Positions 22,376-34,727 are shown, counted from the first letter of the stretch. The stretch: DNA of 64,000 bases from an uncultured delta proteobacterium (GCA_963760795.1 CAVXEP010000022.1:128001-192000), one strand, 5' to 3'. Notes: generated from the sequence alone by a model not told the origin. Translations and numbers: made by a program.

Positions 22376-22730
22376 CAAGCGGGCGGGTTTCAAACCCGTA
22401 CCGACATTTTAGAAATCCTATTGCGCCCTGGTTGCCATAGCTGAAAGTTTGCGCGGCTCCGGCGCAAAATTTCGGGTGATCTGGAATTCTCGACGTGAAG
22501 AATTGACTGCCACCAACCATGTCCTGAGCGAAGGACGAAGAGGCGTAAAGTTCGCCAAGTTCGGAATCGTTGTCATTTCGACCACTCGGCGAACTCAGGG
22601 CAAATTGGTATAAAATCCCGTGCATCGCTCGCACCGGCCTTGGTCCGTTACCCTTGCGGCCTTAGCGCCGTCGCAGGCGACTTGCCGAGTTTCGGTTGCG
22701 GCTACGCCGCGCTGCGTTCTTCGCGGTAAA
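22376..22730. repeat. Mosaic intergenic repeat cluster
   Basis: gcgggtttcaaacccg REP-like hairpin; 22544-22583 is nearly the reverse complement of 6972-7010; ttgcggctacgccgcgct matches the reverse complement of 6840-6857 at 17/18. Confidence 0.7.
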
Positions 22731-22765
22731 AACTCTATCGCATGCGAAACCGGAGCAACACCAAC

Positions 22766-25700
22766 TTAATCTGACGCCACGCCGCGCCGCTCCTCCACCG
22801 CGTCGACGATCGCTTGGTGAATATCCTCCGCCGCCCGTTCCTTGGTAACGCAGGTGAAGGCGCCGGCAGCTTTCATCTTTTGCGCTACCTCCGCACCGTT
22901 ATCGAAGGACAGTCCAACCACGATCGTCGACGGCATTTCTTGGAGAATTAACTTGGTCGCTTCGATGCCGTTCATGCGCGGCATGTTGACGTCCATCACG
23001 ACCACGTCGGGTCTAAACTCGCGCGCCAACTCGACGCCTGCCAAGCCGTCATTGGCTTCGCCGACCACCGTAAGGTCGGGGTATTCCTCGATCATTTGGC
23101 GCATGCCCCGGCGCACCACCGTATGATCGTCCACCAGCGCGATACGTAACTGTTTTCCGTTCCCCAGGACCGCGCTGGTTTGCACGGTGCCATGGGCAAG
23201 CGCCGGCGCCATTTCGCTTGGCGGCGCCGGCAAGGTAAATCGTACCCTCGTTCCACGCCCCGGCTGCGATGTCACTTCGAGTTTGCCGCCGGACAACTCC
23301 AATCGTTCGCGGATGCTAAACAGTCCGAACTTCTCCACGCCGTTACCGTTTGCGTGCAGACTCTCTACGTCAAATCCCCGGCCATCATCAGCGACTTCGA
23401 TAGTCAACTCACCATGCTCGATTTTATAGGAAACCAGCGCTTGATTGGCCTGCGCATGCTTGACGATATTCCACAGCAGCTCGCGCGTGCATTGATAAGC
23501 CAGCACGGAACATTCTTCGTCCAAGACGAATCCTTCGGCCGCGCCGCTAATCTCGATCTTGAGTCCATGCCTTTCCTGCTGTTGGGCGGCGAGCCAGGTG
23601 AGCGCCGCGGGCAATCCTAGTTCGTAAAGCATCCGCGGACTCAGTTGGGCCATCAGCGAGCGCGTATAAGCGATCGATTCGTCCACCGACTCCATCGCCT
23701 CGGCCAAGCGTTGCTTCAACGCGTCACCCGCGGCGAGCCTTTCCGCCCGGCCGATATTCAATCGGCTGACGGTCAGCATCTGCGCCAGATAATCGTGCAG
23801 CTCCACGGCCAGCCGGCGCCGCTCACGCTGCTCGGTCTTGGTGATGTCCGCCACTAGCGAGCGCAGGCGCGTTTGCGACTCGGCCAATTCCCGCGTTCGT
23901 TCGACGACCCGGCGATCCAGGTCTTCGGTCAGTTTGCGCAACGCTTCTTCCGCGCGTTTGCGCTCGGTGATATCGAGTACGGCACCGACGGTGCGCGCCG
24001 GCCTGCGGCCGTCGCCGCTGCCTTCAAAAAAAACTTGCGCTCTAATCATAATCCAGCCGAGGCTGCCGTCGCTCCGAATAACCCGGCACTCCAGGGAAAA
24101 TTGGCCGTCGCCCGCGCGCTCACGGGACCGCTGCGCGGCGATGACTGTCGTCCGGTCATCAGGGTGTATTTTAGCCATAAATTCGCCCAGGCTACCCTTC
24201 CGATCTTCAGACAATGCCAATATTCTTCTTAACATGGGCGAGTAATGCACTTCATCGGAATCATGATCGCGCTCGAATATCCCGAGGTTCGCCACGTCGA
24301 CAGCCTGGTGCAGCAACGCCTCAGTTTTCTTTAAGGTAGCGACGGCCTGCTGCAACTCGGCGGTTCGCTCCTCAACGCGGAGCTCAAGCTCGTCATAGGC
24401 CTGACGGAGCGCCTCCTCAGCTCTTTTTCGCTCGGTAATGTCGAGCACCGTACCCGCCATGCGCAGCTCATTGCCGCTCGCATCGCGGAACAATTCGCCG
24501 CGCCAATGAACGAAACGAATCTCGCTATTCGGATGCACGACCCGAAACTCGATATCGCAGTGGGTTGTCCCATTGAATGCCAAGCGCAAATACTCCTGGA
24601 CTCGCGACCGGTCGTCGGGATGAATCCGGTTGACCCAGCTATCGTAACTCGACGCGACCGAACCGGGCTCGTAACCGAGAAGACGATAGTTTTCATCAGA
24701 CCAAGTGTTTCGGCCGGTTTGGAAATCCCACTCCCAGCTGCCAAGGTGAGCGATCGCCTGGGCATCAACAAGATGTTGCTCGATCTGGCGCAACGCTTCC
24801 TCTGCCAGTTTGCGCTCGGTGATATCGGTCGAGGCGCCGAGCACCTGGGTCGCGCGGCCCGTCTCATCCAGTAGGGGTCGTTTAACGGTTTGCAGCCACC
24901 GTTGCCGGCCACTCGAGTCCGTGATGGTTTGTTCTGGTATGAACATTTCTTGCAGCGTGTCCATCACTTGAAGATCCATTTTGCGGTTATACTCCACCTC
25001 GGCGGCATTGGAGTTGAAGTCCGCGTCGGTTTTGCCGACAAGGTTTTCCACGGTGGTGCCATAGGCATCTGCCAAAGCTTTGTTCACCAGTCTATAACGT
25101 CCCTGGTAATCTCGGACAAAAATAAAGTTCGGATCGGTATCGATAATCTGGCGAATCTGGTCATGCGACTTTTGCAGTTGCTGATGAGCCTGGTAGCGGT
25201 CAACCTCGCCGCCGATCCATACCGCCATGAGCCTGAGAAAATCCTTATCGGAATCGCTAAATTGTCCTCGATACGGCAATGGGCCGTAAAAGCAGAGGGT
25301 GCCGTAGAGCGCGCCGTTGATGACTATTTTGGTTCCCATGAACGATTCCACACCCAGGGTGAGGTAACCGGCATGGTGGCGCCATGCCGAGGCGGCGATA
25401 TGCTCGTTACAAAGCGGCTCATTTGCCTCGACAACATAGCTGCAATAGGAAACACGTAGCGGTAATCTCATTCCTGGCGAAAGGTTGCCGTCCGGAGGAT
25501 GAGCGCAGAGAATTTCCAGCTCGTCACCCTGGAGAAATGTCAACACCCCAGAAGGGAAGATCAAAACGCGCGCAGCCGAACGCAAGCAGTGCGCGCACTC
25601 GCTCAGCAAAGGAAAGTTCAATGGCGTTGGTTATCTCGTACAGCCGACGGATGCTCTGTTCGCTGGCAGTAACCGCCAACTCCGCCTGCTTGCGCGCGGT

Positions 25701-28544
25701 GATGTCGAGCACGCTTCCCACGGATCGTAGGGCTCGTCCGTCGTCGTCGTAGAAGGTCTCACCGCGTTGGTCCACCCATTTGACGCGGCCATCGGCCAGC
25801 AGCACGCGGTGAGTAATTTGGTACGGCGCGTGGTCGCGCTCGGAATCGCTATAAGCTTGATCGACCGACCGCCGGTCATCGGGGTGGACCAGGTTGAGAA
25901 ATGATTTAGCTGAGGCGCCAAACAGAGTCGGATCGATTTCAAAGATGCGAAAAATTTCGTCAGACCAGTCGAGACGATTTGTCAGCAGGTCTAACTCCCA
26001 ACTGCCCATCTGCCCGATGCGCTCCGCCTCGACCAACTGGCGATCCCGTCGCCGCAGCGCTTCCTCTATCTGTTTGCGATCAGTAATGTCGCGCATGATG
26101 GCGCAATTATACTCCTCGTCTTCATACACTATGTAGTTGACGGTAAGTTCGGTCGTCAGAGGCCTGCCGTCCTTGGTCCGATGAGTGGATTCGAACTTTA
26201 ACGAGCCATTTTGCTTGAGATCTTGCCAGTGCGCCGGCCACACTTCGGCAGGGAAGCTCGGATTGATCTCGGGCACTGTCTTGCCAACAAGCTCCTCACG
26301 GGCGTAACCGAGTATCCTGCACGCGGCATCGTTTGCATAAACAATTTCGGCCGACGGGAGAATCCAGAATATCCCGTCCACGGCGCGGTCCATGCTAAAT
26401 TGCGTGAGCCGGAGCGATTTTTCCGTGCGCTTACGCTCAGTGATGTCGCGCAGCGACAGTGATACGCCAACCAGCTTACCGCTGGCGTCCCGAACCGGCG
26501 ACTGAGCCACTGAAACATCGATCACCTTGCCATCTCGTCCGAGGCGCACCGTGTCACGGGGTAACGACTGAACTCCTTGGTTGATCTCGCTCGCCGTTGC
26601 GCCACCTCAGCCAGCTTGTCAGGCGGAATCAGAAAATCGATGTTTTTCCCAACAACCTCATCGGCCTTGTAGCCAAACAACCGTTCGGCAGCGGGATTCC
26701 AAGTAAGAATCTTAAGGTCGAGATCCCGGCTAACGATCGCGTCCCCTGAGTTCTCAACGATCGCCGCCAGCCGGGCGCGCTCTAGTTCGTTGCGCTTCCG
26801 CCGAGTAATATCGGTGAGGATTCCGTCCCACACCATGCTACCATCGGGCTGGCGCGGCTCGGGCACCGAATGGCCCCTGAGCCATCTCAGCGAACCGTTC
26901 GATAAACGGAAACGCCCCTCAAACTCCCATGGCAGCATCGTCTGCGCGGAACGCACAATGGAGGCTGGTCAACGCTGCTTGATCCTCGGCAAGCATGGCA
27001 TTCCAAAATAGCGAGAAGTCATTCACCACCGCCGCCGCCGAGTGTCCAATGAGATCTTGAATACCGTCACTTATCGACATAAAACCTTGAGTGCCGTCGG
27101 CGCTCAGCTGGTATTGGTACACCGCTCCAGGAATGGTGTCGGTGATCCGGCGCAATTTTTTTTCGCTTGCCAACAACGCCTGTTCGGCGGCTTTGCGCTC
27201 GCGCAGGTCCATCGCGATGCCGCCGAGCAATCGGCTGCCGTCGGCATCGACAATGGGAAACTTCAGTACCCACCAGTCCTGGGGTCGGCCGTTCTTGTCC
27301 AGTACCGTCTCGAAACCCTCGGTCGCGTGACCGGCTTCGAGAGCGCGTCGATCACTGGCGGCAAACATATCGGCGTTGTCACGTGGCCAGAGCTCGGCGT
27401 CAGTCTTGCCGCGCCAGTCGACGGTATAGAGATCCTCCCAAGTCTTGTTCACATAGACATAGCGGCCAAGCTCATCTTTGATGAACGCAATTGTCGGGCT
27501 TCGGTCCATGAACGCCCGAAAGCGTTCTTCGCTTACGCGCAATGCTGTTTCCGCCTGAATGCGCTCCGTGATTGTCGCGTCGAGCGCGGCGGCGGTATTC
27601 TTCCAGCGTACTCGCAATCTACGCTCATGCAGGTAGGCCAAAAGAAGCAACACTATCAGTCCGACGGCAGGGACCAGGTATTTTAGAATACTCTCCATGG
27701 TTAGCGGCGCAGGCTCCAGGCGACCGAACCATTTGCCGTAGAGCACGTCGTAGGCGCCGCTAGCGCGGACGTTGGCCAAGCCGTCGTTGATCCGGGCCAA
27801 GAGTTCGGCGTTGCCCTTGCCCACGGCGAATGCGAAATCCTGCTGGTAACCCACTTTGAGTTGGAGCGGCTGGATATTGGCGAGCTTCAGTTCCCGGATG
27901 GTATTGAGGCCGACCAGCCGCCCAACCAACATGGCGTCGTGCTTGGTGGAGGTCGCGAGCAACTTCATGCCGCTGGCGGCCGTGTCGACCAGCGTTAGAT
28001 TGCGCCAACTGCGCCGGCGCGCATACTCCTGGGCCAGATCTGCTCTTATAATGATCAGCGACTGGCGCGCCAGGTCATCCTCGGACTTGATTCGGCTGTC
28101 ACCTGTGCGGGTAAAGACTGCGCCGGCCATCTTGACATGCGGCACGGAAAAATCGGCGAAGCGCCGGCGCTCATCGGACTGCGCGAGATTGATCAGCACA
28201 TCGATCTCGCCGCTCTTAAATTGATCGAGTAGCTGGTGAAAGGGGCCGGTCTTAATCGTCGCGTCCAGGCGTGCCTCGCGGGCGACCGCCTCCCACAACT
28301 CGGCGGTAAAGCCATCGGCCCTGCCATCTTCGCGCACCAACGCAAAGGGTGGAAAATCGAGCTCGCTGCCGACGATCAAAGGCGTCTTCGGCGACGAATC
28401 GGCGGCCAGCGCCAACGGAACCGCCGACAGACAAAGCGCCAATACCGAGCATCCAATGCGCCGCCGAAGCGACCTTGGCACCGCAACACGGGAAGCGATC
28501 ACAGACCCGTGGCCATGCATGACAGACTTGATTGTTGAAATCAT
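22766..28544 (-). CDS. Giant hybrid sensor kinase (~1900 aa): family-3 SBP sensor, TM, about 8 PAS, GAF, HisKA_3, HATPase, REC (frameshifts near 26965, 26585 and 25550)
   Basis: Four overlapping ORFs (26919-28544, 26522-26956, 25524-26549, 22766-25621) break inside domains; N-terminal DFPPF..DGFTAELW..YGKWFG; ERRRLAVELHD; MDVNMPRMNG. Confidence 0.82.
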
Positions 28545-28724
28545 CAGGCGCTCCCCCAGAGTTCATGGTTGAGTCGATTACTGAATCTACCGGGGCCTGG
28601 CCGGGTTGGCAAGAAAACTTTTGGGTTTTCCCAATCATCGGGTGGTTATTTTCTTGACGGTGCGGATTGTTATCGACTACAAAGCCTCAAGAAGATTTTT
28701 CCTGATCAGGAAAGGAAGCCAATC

Positions 28725-30183
28725 ATGGCCGACGAAAACACCCTCAGCCGCCGTAAATTTATCGGCGCAGTCGCCGCAGTCGGAGCCGTAGGGCTGTCCG
28801 CGTGCGCGACGAATTCGCAACCTTCCTCGCGTTTGTGGGCGGCGGATCGCACCTCCGGCAAGCTCCCGCCGCGCGGCGAGTTCGTCGTGCGCAATGCCTA
28901 CATCGTCACCATGGACCCTAAGTTGGGCGACATCCCCAACGGCGATGTCCATGTGCGCAATGGCGCGCTGGTCGCTGTAGGCGCGAATTTGAATGCGCCC
29001 GGCGCCGAAGTCATCGACGGCCGCAACCGCATCGCTTGCCCCGGCTTCATCGATACCCACTTTCATCTCTGGGGCAGCTTCGCCCGCGGCGTGGTCGCCG
29101 ACGGCGACTTCGATTACTTTCCGGTCATGAGCAAGTTGGGTCCGGTGATGACGCCGGAGGACGCCTACGCCAGCGCTCGGCTCGGCATTACCGAAGCGAT
29201 TTATTCCGGGCTGACGACGATTCACGATTGGTCGCATAATATTATCGACGGCAGGTACGCCGACGCCGACCTGCGCGCGCTGCGCGACTGCGGCATCCGC
29301 GCGCGCTTTTCCTACGGCTACAGCCGCAACTTGCAGGCGAAACCCAAAGAGACCGCCGATTTCAACGACATCGCGCGGGTCAAGCGGGAATGGATGGGCG
29401 CGTCCAACGAAGGTCTTTTGACCATGGGCTTCGCCTCCCGCGGCGCCGGCGACACGCCGCCGGAGGTTTACCGTAAAGAATGGGAGTACGCCCGCAGCCT
29501 CGGCTTGCCGATCACCCAGCATGCCGGACGCTCTCTGGCGGAGATCAAGCGCTTCCGACGCATCGAAATGCTCTACAACGACAAGCTTCTGGGCCCCGAC
29601 GTTCAGCTCATTCACACCTACAGCGCGTCGGAAAAAGAACGGGCCATGATGGCGGAGACCAAAGTGCACAATAGCATCGCGCCTTACACCGCCTCGCGCT
29701 TGGCCTCTGGACTGCCCTACCTCGGCGATTTATTGAAGCGCGGCGTGCAGTGCAGCTTATCGGTGGACACCACGACGGTGGGCGGCAACGCCGACATGTT
29801 TAGCATCATGCGCTTGATGCTTCAGCTCAATCACCTGCGCTCGATGGACGTGATGGAAGTGCAGCCGCGCAGAGTTTTGGAACTGGCCACCCTCGACGGC
29901 GCAAAAGACCTCGGCATCGCCGACCGCACCGGCTCGCTGACGCCGGGCAAGCGCGCCGATTTAATTTTAGTGCGAACCAATGACATCAATGTCGCGCCAT
30001 TCATCAATCCGGCGCTGTCTACTCGTCCAGCAGGCCAATCCGTACAACGTCGACACCGTCGTGATAGACGGCAGAATTCTCAAACACAAAGGCGAGTTGG
30101 TCACCATCGACACCGAGGAGGTGATTAACAAAGCGGCGGAAGCCTTCCACGCGGCCAGAAAGAGAGCCGGTGGCCCGTACTGA
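28725..30183 (+). CDS. Amidohydrolase (SsnA/AtzA-like deaminase family) with a Tat lipoprotein signal (frameshift near 30015)
   Basis: SRRKFIG...LSAC, PGFIDTHFH and GSLTPGKRADLIL; the C-terminal NVDTVVIDG lies in the next frame. Confidence 0.85.
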
Positions 30184-30207
30184 TCGCCACCGAATCCGTC
30201 AGCCCCT

Positions 30208-31200
30208 ATGCGAAGTCGCGCGCCGTCCTTGTTGCTGGTTTGGATCGTTATCGGATCGATAGCGATTTGCGCCCATGCCCAGGAGACGCTGCGCGTACCC
30301 TACGGCGTGACCACATCATTGCAGCATCTGCCGGTGCTCGTCGGCAAAGACAGCGGTCTGTTCGCCAAGCAGGGTCTCAACGTCGAGCCCATTCATATCC
30401 GCGGCGGCGCGCTGATCACCACCATGATCATGAGCGGCACCGTGCAGTTCTCCGGCGCCGGAGCCGAATCGGTGGTTTCGGCGCGCATCGAAGGCGGCGA
30501 CGTTGCGCTGATCGCCTGCCCCGCCGATACCGATGTGGTTTACTTTGTCGCTCGGCCGGAATTCAAAACCGCGCAAAGCCTCAAGGGCAAGAGCAGCGCC
30601 GTCACCCGGCTCGGTTCGACGACTCATTTCTATTTGCGCGCGGCGCTGCGCTCCCTGGGACTGGACCCGGAAAAAGACATGACGATTCTCCAACTGGGCG
30701 GCGGCAGCGAAATCGTCACGGCAATGCGCAGTGGCAGAGTCGCGGCCGCGGCGCTCCCCTACCGCAATACTTACAGCCTGATTCAATCCGGCTGGCCTCT
30801 CTTGGTCGATCAATCGACGGCAAATTTCGTCTATCCATCGTCCTGCGTTGCCACTAGCCGGAGTTATATCAAGAACAATCCGGCCATCGTCGAGCGTTTT
30901 CTCAAAGCCTATGTCGAAGCGACGCGGCTAATCAAGAAAGACAGCGCCTTGGTCGAACAGGTCATTAAGAAATGGCACCGCGAAACCGACGCCGCCTTTA
31001 TCAAAAAGACCGCCGAAGTTTACGCGCGGATTTTTAAGCCAATCCCCTACGTTTCCGATCAAGGGTTAGACATCGTGGTCAAAGAGATTGCCGGGCGGCG
31101 CCCAGTATCGAAAGAGTTTTTCGGCAGACCGGAACTGTTCCGCGATCACGGCCCACTGGACAGACTCGTCAAGGACGGTTCGCTCGAACGCGCTCCGTAA
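30208..31200 (+). CDS. NitT/TauT (NMT1/THI5-like) substrate-binding protein
   Basis: Signal peptide, GLFAKQGLNVE and LKGK..AVTRLGSTT. Confidence 0.88.
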   Translation: MRSRAPSLLLVWIVIGSIAICAHAQETLRVPYGVTTSLQHLPVLVGKDSGLFAKQGLNVEPIHIRGGALITTMIMSGTVQFSGAGAESVVSARIEGGDVALIACPADTDVVYFVARPEFKTAQSLKGKSSAVTRLGSTTHFYLRAALRSLGLDPEKDMTILQLGGGSEIVTAMRSGRVAAAALPYRNTYSLIQSGWPLLVDQSTANFVYPSSCVATSRSYIKNNPAIVERFLKAYVEATRLIKKDSALVEQVIKKWHRETDAAFIKKTAEVYARIFKPIPYVSDQGLDIVVKEIAGRRPVSKEFFGRPELFRDHGPLDRLVKDGSLERAP

Positions 31201-31295
31201 CGCGGGAACGGGCTTAAGGAGCTGAGAGTAAGTAGCTCTGCGGTCCCGGACTCCGCACTCTTTACTCCAGACTACTTAGTCGTGACTTTTTAAGG

Positions 31296-32312
31296 CTACT
31301 TTCCGCCAAACACCTTGGCTAAAAACCCTTCCTTCTCCAATTCAGCGACATACTTGTACAAGACATAATCCTTCGCTTGTATATCTCTGGCCTCAGGGCG
31401 GTTCCTTTTTAAGATCTGCGCGGTGAACTCGACGCCTTCGAGGGTCGGATAAGGTTTGGTCGGAAAGGTTTTACTGTAGTAGCGGTAGGTTTCTTCCAGC
31501 TGGTCTTTTTGCTTCTCCGGGTCGAGGCGCAAGTATTGGCCAATGGATTTTAAAACTTGTGGCTTCTTCGCCGGATCTTTCCACAGGCTCAGTCCTTCGA
31601 TAAGCGCGCGCAAGGTGCGCATGGTCAGGTCGGGATTACGATCGAGAAAATCCTTGGTGGCGACAATCAGTTGGTGGGCGTAGGGAACCCCGGAGTCCGA
31701 CAGATCGATGACTTCGTTGAAACCCAATTGCCGGCCGGCCAGATTGAGCGGCGGGCTGACGATGGCGGCATCGACCACTCCAGCTTTCAACGCCGCGAAG
31801 CGCTCGCTCTGACCGCCGCCCTGCAAAATAATCACATCCTTGTCGGGCTTGAGTCCATATTTCTCCACCGCGGCGCGCGCCGCCGTATCGGACGACGAGC
31901 CGTAGCGACTGATGACGATCTTCTTGCCGCGCAAGTCCGCCGGCGCCTTGATCTCGGGGCGGGAAAGAATAAGGAACGGGAAGGTGTTGATCATGCCGCC
32001 GACGAAATAAATATTCGCGCCGCGCAGATTCGCCGTCAGCGTCGCCACGCCGTCTTGAGTGGCGAATTGGATATCGCCGGCGATCAGCGACTGCATGCCC
32101 ACGGTGCCGCCGGGAAAAGCGATCAGCTCCATGTTGACGCCGTATTTTTGAAACAGCCCGGCTTGCTTGGTGACGTGATAATGACTGTTGGTCCCGGCCG
32201 GCGCTTCGATGCCGATGCGCACCGTCGGCAGCGGCTTCTGCGCCCACGCTGTGACGCTGGAAAACAACATCACCATCAACAATCCGAGAAAGGCTAATCG
32301 CTTCATATTCAC
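31296..32312 (-). CDS. NitT/TauT substrate-binding protein
   Basis: Signal peptide, GLFQKYGVN, DLRGKKI.ISRYGSSSD and GVVDAA. Confidence 0.9.
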   Translation of the reverse strand: MNMKRLAFLGLLMVMLFSSVTAWAQKPLPTVRIGIEAPAGTNSHYHVTKQAGLFQKYGVNMELIAFPGGTVGMQSLIAGDIQFATQDGVATLTANLRGANIYFVGGMINTFPFLILSRPEIKAPADLRGKKIVISRYGSSSDTAARAAVEKYGLKPDKDVIILQGGGQSERFAALKAGVVDAAIVSPPLNLAGRQLGFNEVIDLSDSGVPYAHQLIVATKDFLDRNPDLTMRTLRALIEGLSLWKDPAKKPQVLKSIGQYLRLDPEKQKDQLEETYRYYSKTFPTKPYPTLEGVEFTAQILKRNRPEARDIQAKDYVLYKYVAELEKEGFLAKVFGGK

Positions 32313-32447
32313 ACTCCTTCTCCTGTTGCGCCGTTGTAGCGGCTAGCAGCGAAGCGTGTCAAGTCACGTCTATCGGGTCTTCGGTTGCTCGATGCGTAGG
32401 ATTCCTCTACGGTCGTTGGCGATCGCAGTCAAAGTGATCCATCCTTC

Positions 32448-33668
32448 ATGGCGCAGCAAGTCACACCCTGGCAAGTTCTCAACCAACGCGACTTCGGTCT
32501 GTTCTGGGCGAGCCTGCTTTTTTCCGCGGTGGGCAGCCAAATCTCCACCGTCGCCATCGCCTGGCAAATTTACGAGATCACCAACTCGCCGTTTCAGTTG
32601 GGGCTGGCGGGGCTATTCCGCGCCTTGCCGATTATGCTCCTGTCGATTCCCGGCGGCGTGCTCGCCGACCGCATGGACCGACGGCAGCTCCTGATCGTCA
32701 CACAAAGCCTGGCGGCCTTGCTTGCATTAGCACTCGCGCTGCTGAGTTATTTCGGCACCGTGGAGGTCTGGCATATTTATGCCGTTACGTTTTTGTCGGG
32801 CGCCGTGGGAATTTTCGACTCGCCGGCGCGCACAGCGCTGATTCCGACACTGGTGCGGCCGGAGCAACTGGCGACTGCCTACGCGCTCAACATCACCTGG
32901 CGCCAGATCGCCACGCTCTCCGGTCCGTTCATCGGCGGAGCCATCATCGCGACGGTCGGTCTCAGCGCTTCCTATTTTATTGACGCGCTGAGTTATTTGA
33001 GCGTGATCGTCTGCCTCGGGCTGATGCGCGCAAGACCGGCCGCCGCATCCGGCGAAAAGCAAGAATCGCCGCTCGAAAGCGTGCGCGGCGGTTTTAATTT
33101 CATTCGCGACAACACGGCGATCCTAGGGCTGATGGCCATGGACACCTGCGTACAGTTTTTCGGCGCTTACCGTTCGATGATGCCGGTGTTCGCCCGCGAC
33201 ATCCTCGCCGTCGGCCCCGCCGGTCTTGGCGCGCTGCTCGGCGTGCCGGCCTTCGGCGCCCTCGCCGGCTCGGCCATCGTCATGGCGCTGGGCAATCCGA
33301 AAAAGAAAGGCCAGTTGATTATTTTCGTCACATTGATTTACACGGCGGGGCTGATTTCCTTCGCCTTGTCGCGCTCGCTGATCCTCTCGCTGGCGATTGT
33401 CTTTCTGCTCGGTCTGGTCGACGCCATCGGCGAAACCCTGCGCGATACCATGATCCAGCTGATCACTCCCGACCGTATGCGCGGGCGGGTGAAAAGTTTC
33501 GATCAAGTCTTTATGTCCGCCGGCACCTACTTGGGTCACGCCCAGATCGGCACGGCGGCGACCTTTCTCGGCGTCCCCGGCGCCTTGGTCATGGGCGGCT
33601 GTCTCGGCTCCGCCGGAGTGTTGCTCGTGGCCAAATTCGCGCCCGGTTTGCGCAAAATCGATGCCTGA
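32448..33668 (+). CDS. MFS transporter (EntS/DHA3-like)
   Basis: About 12 hydrophobic segments, motif A GGVLADRMDRR, and PDRMRGRV. Confidence 0.92.
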   Translation: MAQQVTPWQVLNQRDFGLFWASLLFSAVGSQISTVAIAWQIYEITNSPFQLGLAGLFRALPIMLLSIPGGVLADRMDRRQLLIVTQSLAALLALALALLSYFGTVEVWHIYAVTFLSGAVGIFDSPARTALIPTLVRPEQLATAYALNITWRQIATLSGPFIGGAIIATVGLSASYFIDALSYLSVIVCLGLMRARPAAASGEKQESPLESVRGGFNFIRDNTAILGLMAMDTCVQFFGAYRSMMPVFARDILAVGPAGLGALLGVPAFGALAGSAIVMALGNPKKKGQLIIFVTLIYTAGLISFALSRSLILSLAIVFLLGLVDAIGETLRDTMIQLITPDRMRGRVKSFDQVFMSAGTYLGHAQIGTAATFLGVPGALVMGGCLGSAGVLLVAKFAPGLRKIDA

Positions 33669-33680
33669 TCGCCAATGCGG

Positions 33681-34727
33681 TTAGCGCAGCCCCAACTCTT
33701 TCTGCGCTTCCTCGAGAAACGCCAGGTTGGCGACCTGGGCGTGGCCCACCTGCTTCTGCGATTTGTTGGCCTTGAGGGTTTGTTGAATGACATTTTCAAT
33801 CGCGCTGTCGCTTGCCGAGCCATTGGCGCTGAAAGTCTTCATCATCACCAGATAGCTCTTCTCGGCGATATCCGGTTCGATCTTCCACTGTTTGGCGATC
33901 ATCTCGACAACTTTGTTCTTTTCTTTGCGCAGAAACACCAGGCTCTTTACGAAGCCGCGCACCATGCGCTTCACCTGGCCGGGGTTGCGGCGAATCTTGT
34001 TGTCCGAGGTCACCAAGCCAGCCTGCAACTGTTCCTTAACCACGTCGCCAGCCCAAGCGATGACGCGGAAGCCTTCTTTCTCGGCGATGACATCGTAGGG
34101 CGGTGTGAACAGCGCTGCCGCCACCGCGCCGGCGCGCAGGGCGGCTTGATTGTTGGCCTGGCTGCCAAGCCCTTGCGTGACGATATCGCGCTCGGGATTG
34201 AGACCGAAGGAGCGCACGATCTCACGCGCGACGATATCCGTAGTACTACCGATGGAAGTGACCGCGATACTCTTCCCCTTGAGGTCGGCGCCGGTTTTGA
34301 TTTCCGGCCGGACGTTCAGAGCCAACGCGGGACGAATGCCGCCGAAGGCGAGCACTTTCACTGGCAGTCCAGTGGTCGCCGCCCGCATCATCGTGTCGGC
34401 CAACGTGGAATAATCCAAATCGCCCTGCAACAACGCCGGCCCAACCAGCCGCCCATTCATCAGGACGATCTGCACGTCGAGCCCTTCCTCGCGAAACAGA
34501 CCGAAGCGCACGCCGGCGTAGGACGGCAACTGGCTGAGCGCCGTGACCGGGATGGCCAGATTGACTGTCTCGAGCCGATCTTGCGCCCTTGCGCTGGAAA
34601 AGCATAACAACAGAGAAAAACTTGCCGCCGCCATTTTCCCGCCAACGCGACCGGCCAGAGAAAGGGTGGCACGACCCATACCGCTACCAACCGCGGTAAT
34701 GAACGATAATTTGCTGACAATCGACAT
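33681..34727 (-). CDS. NitT/TauT substrate-binding protein
   Basis: GLFREEGLDV and DLKGKSIAVTSIGS; ATG 34727 follows GGAGG (exact start uncertain). Confidence 0.87.
   Translation of the reverse strand: MSIVSKLSFITAVGSGMGRATLSLAGRVGGKMAAASFSLLLCFSSARAQDRLETVNLAIPVTALSQLPSYAGVRFGLFREEGLDVQIVLMNGRLVGPALLQGDLDYSTLADTMMRAATTGLPVKVLAFGGIRPALALNVRPEIKTGADLKGKSIAVTSIGSTTDIVAREIVRSFGLNPERDIVTQGLGSQANNQAALRAGAVAAALFTPPYDVIAEKEGFRVIAWAGDVVKEQLQAGLVTSDNKIRRNPGQVKRMVRGFVKSLVFLRKEKNKVVEMIAKQWKIEPDIAEKSYLVMMKTFSANGSASDSAIENVIQQTLKANKSQKQVGHAQVANLAFLEEAQKELGLR

Noticed and set aside
22311-22634. 107-aa ORF between the two kinases (and 6788-6988, 12441-12674)
   Set aside because: They are translations of intergenic repeat modules; GRNDN.SELG appears at both 6.98 kb and 22.57 kb.
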